From positions 3,717-67,716 of the forward strand of contig JBAXAF010000003.1 of assembly GCA_037142675.1 (NCBI GenBank): 64,000 nt of DNA. The letters run 5' to 3'. The position numbers were made by a program, and so were the translations under genes. Under the pieces are notes generated by a model that was given only the letters and a program-made list of their open reading frames with translations, searched no databases and was not told where the DNA came from. This DNA is from Candidatus Berkelbacteria bacterium (GTDB lineage Bacteria > Patescibacteriota > UBA1384 > XYA2-FULL-43-10 > CAINNR01). Every line of letters starts with the position of its first letter. The stretch's first letter is position 1. Shown piece by piece: positions 21,473-30,016 of this stretch.

Positions 21473-23020
21473 ATTAGAAAAGTAGCTCTAATTGTTTTGG
21501 ATGGTTGGGGAATTGGTCCGGCCTGGGGCGGTAACGCAATAATGGCGGCCAAAACTCGCAATATGGATATTTGGTGGCGGACATACACGCACACCAGTCT
21601 TTTGGCGTCCAGCGAAGCCGTTGGCTTGCCGACAAACACTGCTGGAAATTCGGAAACTGGTCACTTAAACATCGGTGCTGGCCGAATTGTTCCGCAGGAC
21701 CTGGTTTTTATAAACAATTTTATCAAAGATGGTAGTTTCTTTAAGAACCCTAATATTCTGGCGGCTTTTGAACACGCAAAAAAAAATAATTCGGCACTTC
21801 ATCTCATGGGTTTGGTTGGCACAGGTCATGTCCATTCTGATATAGATCACCTTTACCAACTTTTAAAAATGGCAAAAGATAACCAAGTACAAAAGGTTTA
21901 TCTCGACCTTTTCACCGACGGTCGCGACTCCGATCCTGAATCCGGTCTTGGAGTGGTTGAAAATATTGCACAGAAAATTAAGGAGATTGGCGTAGGTCAA
22001 ATTACGACAATATGTGGCCGCTACTTTGCCATGGACCGTGATAAAAACTGGGGCAGAACCTCAAGGGCTTACAATGCCATGGTTATGGGCGAGGCCAGAG
22101 AGAGCGCTAGTACCAGGGATGCCATTTCTCGGTCTTATTTGCGTAGCACGACTGATGAATTTATTGAACCACATCTTATAGCAGATAAACCGGGCGAAAA
22201 AATATTAATTTCTGATAATGACTCGGTTATATTTTTCAACTATCGACCAGACAGAGCAAGACAAATTTCCCTGGCTTTTACCGACCAAAAAATTCCGGCG
22301 ATGGCAGACAGGAAGATCCTTAAAAATTGCTATTTTGTCACTTTTGTCAATCGCGACCCTAGCCCTTTGGGAATTATGGCATTTGAGGCCGATGAAATTA
22401 AAAATACATTGGCAGAAACTATTAGCAAGGCTGGAATTACACAATTTCACATCGCAGAGACTGAAAAATATGCTCACGTGACTTATTTTATCGATGGCGG
22501 CCGCGAAAAACCATTTCCTGGTGAATATCGGATGGTTATCCCCTCTCCGAAAGTTGCTACTTATGACTTGTCTCCAGCAATGAGCGCCCAACTTCTAGCA
22601 GACTCGATTATAAAAAATGTCGATAAAAATTTTGGTTTAATAATTTGTAATTTTGCCAATGCTGATATGGTCGGCCATGCCGGTAATTTTTATGCCACGA
22701 CCCAAGCGATTGAATATGTTGATTTGATTCTTGAAAAATTAGTAAATACTCTACTGATTCACAACTATTCTATTGCTATAACCTCAGACCATGGAAATGC
22801 CGAAGAAAGCATAAATCCAAAAACAAACCAGCCAAACACAGAACATACCACTAACCCGGTCCCATTTGTTATAATCTCTAAAGAGATGGAGATTGCTAGG
22901 AAGAAAATGATTTCAACTGGAGGACTTTGTAATATTGCTCCAACCATTTTGGAAATAATGGGTATACCAAAGCCTGCAGAAATGACTTCAACCAGTTTAT
23001 TCGAAAGGTCAAATGGATAA
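21473..23020 (+). CDS. gpmI: 2,3-bisphosphoglycerate-independent phosphoglycerate mutase, copy 1 (probable ATT start)
   Basis: LDGWG, GNSETGH, DGRD, GRYFAMDRD, ETEKYAHVT, DMVGH, SDHGN; conserved strand RKVALIV lies upstream of the track's TTG start. Confidence 0.9.
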   Translation: MRKVALIVLDGWGIGPAWGGNAIMAAKTRNMDIWWRTYTHTSLLASSEAVGLPTNTAGNSETGHLNIGAGRIVPQDLVFINNFIKDGSFFKNPNILAAFEHAKKNNSALHLMGLVGTGHVHSDIDHLYQLLKMAKDNQVQKVYLDLFTDGRDSDPESGLGVVENIAQKIKEIGVGQITTICGRYFAMDRDKNWGRTSRAYNAMVMGEARESASTRDAISRSYLRSTTDEFIEPHLIADKPGEKILISDNDSVIFFNYRPDRARQISLAFTDQKIPAMADRKILKNCYFVTFVNRDPSPLGIMAFEADEIKNTLAETISKAGITQFHIAETEKYAHVTYFIDGGREKPFPGEYRMVIPSPKVATYDLSPAMSAQLLADSIIKNVDKNFGLIICNFANADMVGHAGNFYATTQAIEYVDLILEKLVNTLLIHNYSIAITSDHGNAEESINPKTNQPNTEHTTNPVPFVIISKEMEIARKKMISTGGLCNIAPTILEIMGIPKPAEMTSTSLFERSNG

Positions 23021-24629
23021 TAATAATTTGCACACGCCAATAGTCCTTGCCATCCTAGACGGCTGGGGAATGTCAGCTGCTTGGGGCGGGAATGCAATCT
23101 CAATGTCGTCTCCAAAAACCATGAACTCACTGTGGCGCGATTATCCGCATGCAATTTTGCAGGCATTCCGCCAGGTAGCAGGAAATTACAAAATGGTTGG
23201 AAACTCGGAAATTGGGCATTCCTCTATTGGTGCTGGAAAAATTGTTTTTCAGGATTTGGAGCGAATTACTGATTCAATTCTAAATAAAACATTTTTTCAA
23301 AATGAATCACTGGTCGGTGCTTGCCGTAATGCGACCAATTATAATTCATCATTGCATCTCATCGGACTGGTCTCTGATGGCGGTATTCACAGCCACATTG
23401 ATCACCTGTATGCTCTTTTACGTTTGGCTAAATTTTACAATCTGCCCAAGGTATATATTCACGTTATCACCGACGGTTTAGACACCGACAGTACAAGCGC
23501 GCTTGATTTTATTGTTCATTTGCAAAAAGTTATGGCAGAAATTGGGATTGGAGAAATTGCCACCGTTACTGGTCGACATTTAGCCATGAATCGTGATAAT
23601 CATTGGGAAAATATCACAAAATCACTCCAGGCCATGATCCATGGTATTGGAATATCCGCTCCCTCAGCGGCGGCAGCTATCTCAAACTCATATAAAAACG
23701 GATTTACTGACCAATACATTCCACCTACGGTTATTAAAAATGACCGGGGGCCTGTGGCCAAAATTTTGAATAATGATAGTGTTATCTTCTTTAACTATCG
23801 CCCCGACCGAGCCAGACAACTAACTTTAGCGCTCTTGGGTATGCATAATATGGGAGCAAAATATCCGGCTCCGAATAATATATACTTTACCTCGTTTTCT
23901 TCTTACTACCTGCCAGCGTCAATTGAAGCAAAAACCCATATCGCATTTCCGCCCGAGTTGGTTGAGAACACTTTGGGCAAACTAGTTTCTGATTCGGGGT
24001 TAGCGCAATTTCGTATTGCCGAAAGCGAAAAGTACCCACACATTAGCTACTTTTTTAACTGTGGGGTTGAGGAACCATTTCCTGGTGAGGAAAGAGTGAT
24101 TATTCAATCAGACGAAATCAAAGGTTTTGACCAAAAGCCTCAGATGCAAGCTGCCGAAATCACAAAAAAATTAGTTGCTGCCGTTCGTTCACAAAAATTT
24201 CAATTTGCTTTAGTCAATTACGCCAATGTTGATAGTGTTGGCCATACTGGAGACCTAATTGCCACAACACAGGCCGTAACATTTGTTGATGATTCCCTCA
24301 AAGAGCTTGCCGAGGCGGTCCTAGCAGTTGATGGAACCTTAATTGTGACTGCTGATCATGGCAATGCGGAGCAAATGATTCAAGTTACCACTGGGCATGA
24401 TCGGGAAACTTTTCATAGCTTGAGCCCGGTGCCATTTGTCTTAGTTCGTTCTGATTTGAGAGGGAGAAATCAGGGGGCTAGTTCGTCTGGCGATATATTA
24501 TCCTCAATGATCTCATCAAAAAGATCATTGGCTGATATCGCTCCAACCATTCTAGAATTACTCGGTATTCCTAAACCGCAGTCAATGACTGGGTCTAGCC
24601 TTTTATCGGATATAATTGTTAATAAATAA
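23013..24629 (+). CDS. gpmI: iPGM paralog, copy 2 (divergent active site)
   Basis: LDGWG, GNSEIGH, ESEKYPH, DSVGH, ADHGN; DGLD and AMNRD substitutions. Confidence 0.8.
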   Translation: MDNNNLHTPIVLAILDGWGMSAAWGGNAISMSSPKTMNSLWRDYPHAILQAFRQVAGNYKMVGNSEIGHSSIGAGKIVFQDLERITDSILNKTFFQNESLVGACRNATNYNSSLHLIGLVSDGGIHSHIDHLYALLRLAKFYNLPKVYIHVITDGLDTDSTSALDFIVHLQKVMAEIGIGEIATVTGRHLAMNRDNHWENITKSLQAMIHGIGISAPSAAAAISNSYKNGFTDQYIPPTVIKNDRGPVAKILNNDSVIFFNYRPDRARQLTLALLGMHNMGAKYPAPNNIYFTSFSSYYLPASIEAKTHIAFPPELVENTLGKLVSDSGLAQFRIAESEKYPHISYFFNCGVEEPFPGEERVIIQSDEIKGFDQKPQMQAAEITKKLVAAVRSQKFQFALVNYANVDSVGHTGDLIATTQAVTFVDDSLKELAEAVLAVDGTLIVTADHGNAEQMIQVTTGHDRETFHSLSPVPFVLVRSDLRGRNQGASSSGDILSSMISSKRSLADIAPTILELLGIPKPQSMTGSSLLSDIIVNK

Positions 24630-24645
24630 TCAAGAGAGACATTAA

Positions 24646-25221
24646 ATGAAAACAAAAGTGGAGATTGAGGTTTCGGCCCGTCATATTCATTTAACAAAAA
24701 ATGATTATGATTTTTTGTTCGGCGCCGATACGCCATTCATTGAAATTAAGGAGCTAAGTCAGCACGAAGAATTTGCCACTGATAAAGTTGTTACAATTGT
24801 TGGCCCTAAAGGCGAGCTTCCGGTTCGGTTTCTCTCCCCTTTCCGCACTGAAACTCAAACAGAAATTTCGCTCACCGATTGTTATCAAATAGGAGTAACT
24901 GCTCCGTATGAAACCCAAATTGCCAACGGCTGCGCAGATATTATATTAAAAACTAGCAGGGGCGAGGTCAGGCGCTGCGCTGTGATGGTTGCTAGACGAC
25001 ATTTGCACGCCAATCATTCAGAGGCTAAGGAGGCGGGGATAGAAGATGGACAGCAAATAAGGGTCTTGGTAGAGACCCCGCGCGGCAGAATTATTTTTGA
25101 TGACGTAAATGTTAAAATCGATAAAAATTTTCAACTTCGCGTTCATCTCGACACTGATGAGGGTAACGCTGCGGGGATAACCGATAAAACTTTCGGAGAA
25201 ATAATTGTGGATGAAAAATGA
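24646..25221 (+). CDS. pduL: PduL/EutD-type phosphate acyltransferase
   Basis: VSARHIHL, ARRHLH, HLDTDEGNAAG. Confidence 0.9.
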   Translation: MKTKVEIEVSARHIHLTKNDYDFLFGADTPFIEIKELSQHEEFATDKVVTIVGPKGELPVRFLSPFRTETQTEISLTDCYQIGVTAPYETQIANGCADIILKTSRGEVRRCAVMVARRHLHANHSEAKEAGIEDGQQIRVLVETPRGRIIFDDVNVKIDKNFQLRVHLDTDEGNAAGITDKTFGEIIVDEK

Positions 25222-26216
25222 TATTAATAGTTAACACTGGTTCGTCATCAGTAAAATATAAGCTTTTTGATGATTCCCTGGAAGAAGTTAAATCTGGAAA
25301 GTTTGATTTTTCAGGTAATCAAATATCTGGCGCTATAGATAAAGTAGTTGCGGAAATTGGCAACCACAAGAATGAAATTAATAAAATCGGTTATCGCATT
25401 GTTCATGGCGGTGATGAAGTTGATGAAATTTTACCCGTGACCCTGCCGACGATGAAAATTATCGAGGAGTTTGCGCCGTTGGCCCCTCACCATAATCCGC
25501 CGGCAATAGCGGTAATTAAAACATTAATTGAAAAACTTCCACTGACGCAGCATTTTGTGGCATTCGACACCGCATTCTTTAAAGATCTTCCCGTGGTAGC
25601 CAAAACTTACCCGATTGATCAAGCAATCGCCCAGGAGTATGGAATTAGGCGTTTCGGTTTCCATGGAATCTCACATGGCGCCATGCTGGATGAAGTTGAC
25701 CCGGACCATGAAAAAAAGCTTATTACGATTCATTTGGGTGCAGGATCAAGCATTTGCGCCATTAATTGTGGGGTACCAATTGATACTTCTATGGGGTTCA
25801 CGCCAATAGAAGGACTTCCAATGCAAAAGCGGAGCGGTGACATTGATCCGGAAATTGTTTTGTTTTTATCTGAGAAGATTGGTGAAAAAAAGACCAGAGA
25901 TTTAATAGAAAATCATTCCGGTTTGGCAGGAATTTCTGGAAAATCAGGCGATATGCTAGAGCTCTTGGAGAGCGATGACGAAATGTCAAAACTTGCCATA
26001 GATGTTCTTTGTTACAGGACCAAAAAGTATATTGGTGCTTACGCTGCTGCGCTAGGCGGAGTCGATATGGTGGTCTTTTCTGGCGAGATAGGCTTTGGAT
26101 CATCTTTAATCAGAAAAAAAATTACTGCTGGACTGGAGTATCTCGGTTTTGAGACAAAAGCTATTAAGCCAAATGAGGAATTAGCAATTGCCAAGAAACT
26201 AATTCCAAAGGTATAA
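25218..26216 (+). CDS. ackA: Acetate kinase
   Basis: NTGSSSVK, RIVHGG, LAPHHN, FDTAF, GFHGISH, HLGAGSS, NEELAIA. Confidence 0.93.
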   Translation: MILIVNTGSSSVKYKLFDDSLEEVKSGKFDFSGNQISGAIDKVVAEIGNHKNEINKIGYRIVHGGDEVDEILPVTLPTMKIIEEFAPLAPHHNPPAIAVIKTLIEKLPLTQHFVAFDTAFFKDLPVVAKTYPIDQAIAQEYGIRRFGFHGISHGAMLDEVDPDHEKKLITIHLGAGSSICAINCGVPIDTSMGFTPIEGLPMQKRSGDIDPEIVLFLSEKIGEKKTRDLIENHSGLAGISGKSGDMLELLESDDEMSKLAIDVLCYRTKKYIGAYAAALGGVDMVVFSGEIGFGSSLIRKKITAGLEYLGFETKAIKPNEELAIAKKLIPKV

Positions 26217-26248
26217 TACGTACATGTTCTGTAAATTGTAGGAGATAT

Positions 26249-27289
26249 TTGAGCGAAAAGAAATTTATTACTGGAAATGAAGCTGCAGTTCTTGGTGCAA
26301 TTGAAGGTGGTGCTGAGATGTTTTTTGGGTATCCAATTACACCAGCGACTGAAATTCTTGAGGGCTGGATAAATAAGGCATCAGAAGATAAAAATCTTCA
26401 ATATCTTCAGGCCGAAGATGAAATTGCATCCGGGTTTGCTACTATCGGCGCAATTTTGGCCGGAAAAAAAGCTTTTACCGCCACTGCTGGGGTTGGAAAT
26501 GTTTTAATGCAGGATCCAATTTCGATGGCCGAAAATGAAAGATTGCCGTTTGTTGGAATTATAGCCCAGCGCGGTGGCCCATCAACTGGGACTGTAATTT
26601 ATTCACAGCAAGAAGTTAATTTAACAGCTCTCGGAGGAAATGGCGATGGGCTCAGAATAGTATATTCTGCGTCGAACGTTGCTGAGTGTTATGAACTTTC
26701 GGCCAAGATATTCTCCACTGCCTGGAAGTATAATTTCCCGACTTTCATGTTGACCGATGGCTATCTCGGAAAACAAAAAATCACTACAGCGTTGAATAAG
26801 CCGCTTAGGCCATTTCCTGCTAGGAAAATTTTAAAAGAAGATTCGCTAAATCCAACTCATATTCGTAACTGCTTTGGGTCGGAGCCGGAGTTTGCAAAGG
26901 TTCTGCAGCGAAATATTTCTGATTATAAATTTTTAATTGACAAGGTTGCACAGTCCGAAAGTTATAAAGTCTCAGGTGCCACTGATATAATTTTGGCTCA
27001 TGGAAGCGTAGCGGCGGCAGCTAAGTCCGCAATTGACGATCTTCGTGCTGATGGCGTAAAGGCTGGGCTAATTCGGCCGATAACTCTGCGGCCATTGGAT
27101 ACCAAGGCGATTAGAAGCCAAATTAAAAATGCGCAGCGAGTTTATGTTATTGAGTCTGCTTTTGAACAGTTTGCCCGACTATTAGTATATATTGTTCCGG
27201 AATTGGCCAGCAAAATGATAAAAGTATTTAAGCCGGCTGTTGGTTTCACCCCGGAAGAAATTTATAAAATTGTCAAAGATAACAAATAA
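26249..27289 (+). CDS. 2-oxoacid:ferredoxin oxidoreductase alpha subunit
   Basis: GYPITPATE, QAEDEIA, QRGGPSTG. Confidence 0.92.
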   Translation: MSEKKFITGNEAAVLGAIEGGAEMFFGYPITPATEILEGWINKASEDKNLQYLQAEDEIASGFATIGAILAGKKAFTATAGVGNVLMQDPISMAENERLPFVGIIAQRGGPSTGTVIYSQQEVNLTALGGNGDGLRIVYSASNVAECYELSAKIFSTAWKYNFPTFMLTDGYLGKQKITTALNKPLRPFPARKILKEDSLNPTHIRNCFGSEPEFAKVLQRNISDYKFLIDKVAQSESYKVSGATDIILAHGSVAAAAKSAIDDLRADGVKAGLIRPITLRPLDTKAIRSQIKNAQRVYVIESAFEQFARLLVYIVPELASKMIKVFKPAVGFTPEEIYKIVKDNK

Positions 27290-28041
27290 TGAAAACACTG
27301 GACGAACAATTCGGTATGCCGGCATGCTTCAACGTTAAGTCGAAGCCGAGTTTGTTTTGCCCTGGTTGCGGCGAAAGCATGATACTAAAACATCTTGGTA
27401 ACGTTATAGATTCTGAAAAAATTGGGTCAAAAATCACACTGGCGATTGATATCGGCTGCACGCTTTTGTCCTGGAACTACTTTAGTTTTGATACCATCCA
27501 AACACATCATGGTCGCTCGGTCCCGGTTTCTGTTGGTTATAAAATGGCAAACGGCAAGAGAATTGTAATTGCGCTAATGGGCGATGGTGGCGCATACGCT
27601 ATTGGCCTTCAGTCTCTTCTGCACGCCGCGTTTCGCAATGATCCGATATTGGCGATTGTTATTAACAATACCGAGTATTCAATGACCGGCGGGCAAATGG
27701 CCCCAACCTCCTTGCCTGGCGAAATTACCGCCACTTCCCCACTCGGCAAAAATGCTAGTATTTTTGGCCCAGCATTTCATGGTCCAGAACTTGTGCGCCA
27801 AATTGCCGCTCCGGGAGCTTTTATCGCACGCGCCACAGTTTCCAACCCAACTATGGTGGAGACTGTTATAGCTAGGGCGATAAATAATCAAATTGAAAAT
27901 AAGAGTTTTTCAATGGTAGAGATCCTTTCAATTTGCCCGACAAATTGGAAGATGAATGCTGCTGAAAGCTTTGAATTCTTAGCCAAGCTGGAAAAAGTTT
28001 ATCCTGTCGGTGAAATTATCAAAAATAAAAATATTAAGTAA
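27289..28041 (+). CDS. 2-oxoacid:ferredoxin oxidoreductase beta subunit
   Basis: FCPGCG, IGC, GDG..N TPP motif, MTGGQ, CPTNW. Confidence 0.92.
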   Translation: MKTLDEQFGMPACFNVKSKPSLFCPGCGESMILKHLGNVIDSEKIGSKITLAIDIGCTLLSWNYFSFDTIQTHHGRSVPVSVGYKMANGKRIVIALMGDGGAYAIGLQSLLHAAFRNDPILAIVINNTEYSMTGGQMAPTSLPGEITATSPLGKNASIFGPAFHGPELVRQIAAPGAFIARATVSNPTMVETVIARAINNQIENKSFSMVEILSICPTNWKMNAAESFEFLAKLEKVYPVGEIIKNKNIK

Positions 28042-28048
28042 ATTTGTT

Positions 28049-28108
28049 TGTCATTCCGAATTCATCTCGGAATCTCAAAAAAGATCCTGAATCAAGTTCA
28101 GGATGACG
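28049..28108. repeat. REP/RPE-like double palindrome between OFOR beta and gamma
   Basis: TGTCATTCCGAATTCATCTCGGAATCT..AGATCCTGAATCAAGTTCAGGATGAC. Confidence 0.7.
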
Positions 28109-28122
28109 AGAAGCATGACATT

Positions 28123-28947
28123 ATGAAAAATGAAATAACAAAAATTGTTCTTGCTGGTGAAGGTGGTCAGGGTATTCAAACAATTGCCAAGGTTTTGTCG
28201 ACCGCTCTTGTGTCCGCCGGCTACTTTGTCAGCTACATCCCCCAATTCGGTCCTGAGCAACGTGGCACCCCTTCGGTATCATTTATTCAATTCTCCAAGT
28301 CAGAAATTACCTACCCTAAATTCGATACCGCCGACATTGTAATGGTTTTGCGCCGCAGAGCAATTAAAACCATTGAATCCTATGTTGGCCCGAAGACTCA
28401 GTTACTTTTCGATTCATCTACAATTTCTAGACAAAAATTTTCACTTAATAACTCCAGGGTTTTTGCAATACCTGCTACTAAACTTGCCGAGGAGCAATTT
28501 GGCAATAAAAATCAAAATATTTTAGCCCTTGGAGTCTTGGCGAAGAACTTTCTTGATTACCCCAAAAACGCTATGTGGGAGATAATTTCTACTCAGCTCG
28601 GGAAAAAGTTTGCCAAAAATAAGGACTTGGCAGATAAATCAAAGTTAGCCTTTGATTTTGCATATGATTTTCAACTTGAAACTAAGAAATTTACAAAGCC
28701 AGAGTATGATACCTGCGAAGAAATTGTTATTAGAAAAAACTCAGAGCGAACGGCTGTCATTGTGCCGAAGTATTGCAAAGGTTGCGGAATTTGTGTCCTA
28801 AAGTGTCCGGTTAAAGCGCTATCTTTTAGCAAGACCCTGGGTGTGTACGGGACACCAATTCCCGACATTGATATCGAAAAATGTATAGCTTGTGGAAATT
28901 GTTTTCGTTTTTGCCCCGATTCGGCTATTAGAGTTATTAAAAAATAA
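28123..28947 (+). CDS. OFOR gamma subunit fused to a 2x[4Fe-4S] ferredoxin (delta) domain
   Basis: AGEGGQG, FGPEQRG; CKGCGICVLKCP and CIACGNCFRFCP; start at ATG 28123 after the palindrome. Confidence 0.9.
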   Translation: MKNEITKIVLAGEGGQGIQTIAKVLSTALVSAGYFVSYIPQFGPEQRGTPSVSFIQFSKSEITYPKFDTADIVMVLRRRAIKTIESYVGPKTQLLFDSSTISRQKFSLNNSRVFAIPATKLAEEQFGNKNQNILALGVLAKNFLDYPKNAMWEIISTQLGKKFAKNKDLADKSKLAFDFAYDFQLETKKFTKPEYDTCEEIVIRKNSERTAVIVPKYCKGCGICVLKCPVKALSFSKTLGVYGTPIPDIDIEKCIACGNCFRFCPDSAIRVIKK

Positions 28948-28954
28948 TCTGCAA

Positions 28955-29476
28955 ATGGAAAAGTTTACAATTGCTGAAATTGATGATGTGCGAAATAGCG
29001 GTTTTCGGCCTCAAGTTGTCGGCTGCTTTATAAATGATCGAAAGATTTTATTTTTATATAAAAAAATTCACGATCTTTGGCAATTACCTCAGGGTGGAAT
29101 TGACAATGGCGAGGACATTGATGCCTCATTTACGCGGGAAATGGCAGAAGAACTTGGCGGAAAGTTTACAGCCTCGGTAACAAGCGATATTAGCTTGGTT
29201 GGAAGCGATGAAATTGATTTCCCAAAGCAAACGCAGAATTCACGGGAGCTAAAAAATGATAAAGGAGAAATCATTTTTATGAAAGGCAAGAAATACTTCT
29301 TTATTGCTGCAACTTCCGACACCTTAGAAATTGACATCGCAGAAACTGAGTTTGACGATTATAAATGGGTAACGCATGCTAAAGCATTGGTTCTGTGTAA
29401 TGAAATGTACCAGCAGGGCAAGAAACGAATAACCCTTAATGCACTTAGCCAGATAAAAAGTTTAGGATTAATTTAA
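28955..29476 (+). CDS. NUDIX hydrolase (RppH-like)
   Basis: FRPQV, WQLPQGGIDNGE..REMAEELG, EFDDYKWV. Confidence 0.82.
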   Translation: MEKFTIAEIDDVRNSGFRPQVVGCFINDRKILFLYKKIHDLWQLPQGGIDNGEDIDASFTREMAEELGGKFTASVTSDISLVGSDEIDFPKQTQNSRELKNDKGEIIFMKGKKYFFIAATSDTLEIDIAETEFDDYKWVTHAKALVLCNEMYQQGKKRITLNALSQIKSLGLI

Positions 29477-29498
29477 GTTAATCTAGGTGGAGGTCAAC

Positions 29499-29576
29499 GT
29501 GGTTTGGTACTGGTGGCTGATTACTGCGATAATAATTGCTATTCTGCTTTGGTGGGCCTTTAATCAATCAAAGTAG
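29499..29576 (+). CDS. Putative 25-aa single-TM small protein
   Basis: GGAGG at 29489-29493 then GTG; MVWYWWLITAIIIAILLWWAFNQSK. Confidence 0.5.
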   Translation: MVWYWWLITAIIIAILLWWAFNQSK

Positions 29577-29673
29577 TCGCAGTTGAACTTGAGCTCAATT
29601 TGTGCTAATATTTTAATGTCAAAACAAATCAGACTAGAGCGTCCCGAATCATCGGGAGGGTCGGCAGAACATT

Positions 29674-29949
29674 ATGAAGTCAGAATTATACATTTTACTT
29701 CTGAATAATGATCAATATTATACGGGTTAAACCAATAATCTGCCAAGAAGACTCATAGAGCATCAAAGAAGGCAGACCACTAGTATCAGGCATAAACTTC
29801 CTTGCAAACTTGTTTTCCACCAATCATTTGATACCATTCTTCAGGCCAGAAGATTAGAGATATTTATCAAAAAACAAAAGAGCAGAGTATTTATAGAAAA
29901 GATAATAAGCGGCCAAGTCAAATTACAATCTATTCTTGGGGGCCGTTAG
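29674..29949 (+). pseudogene. GIY-YIG nuclease (UPF0213-like) with in-frame TAA
   Basis: MKSELYILLLNNDQYYTG*TNNLPRRLIEHQ..ARRLEIFIKKQKSR; stop at 29728-29730. Confidence 0.8.
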
Positions 29950-30016
29950 CTCAGTTGGCTAGAGCACTTCGCTGGCAGCGAAGGGGTCGCTGGTTCGAAT
30001 CCAGTACGGTCCACCA
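29940..30016 (+). tRNA. tRNA-Ala(GGC)
   Basis: GGGCCGT..ACGGTCC-A-CCA with G3:U70, anticodon arm CTTCG-CTGGCAG-CGAAG, GGTTCGAATCC. Confidence 0.95.
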
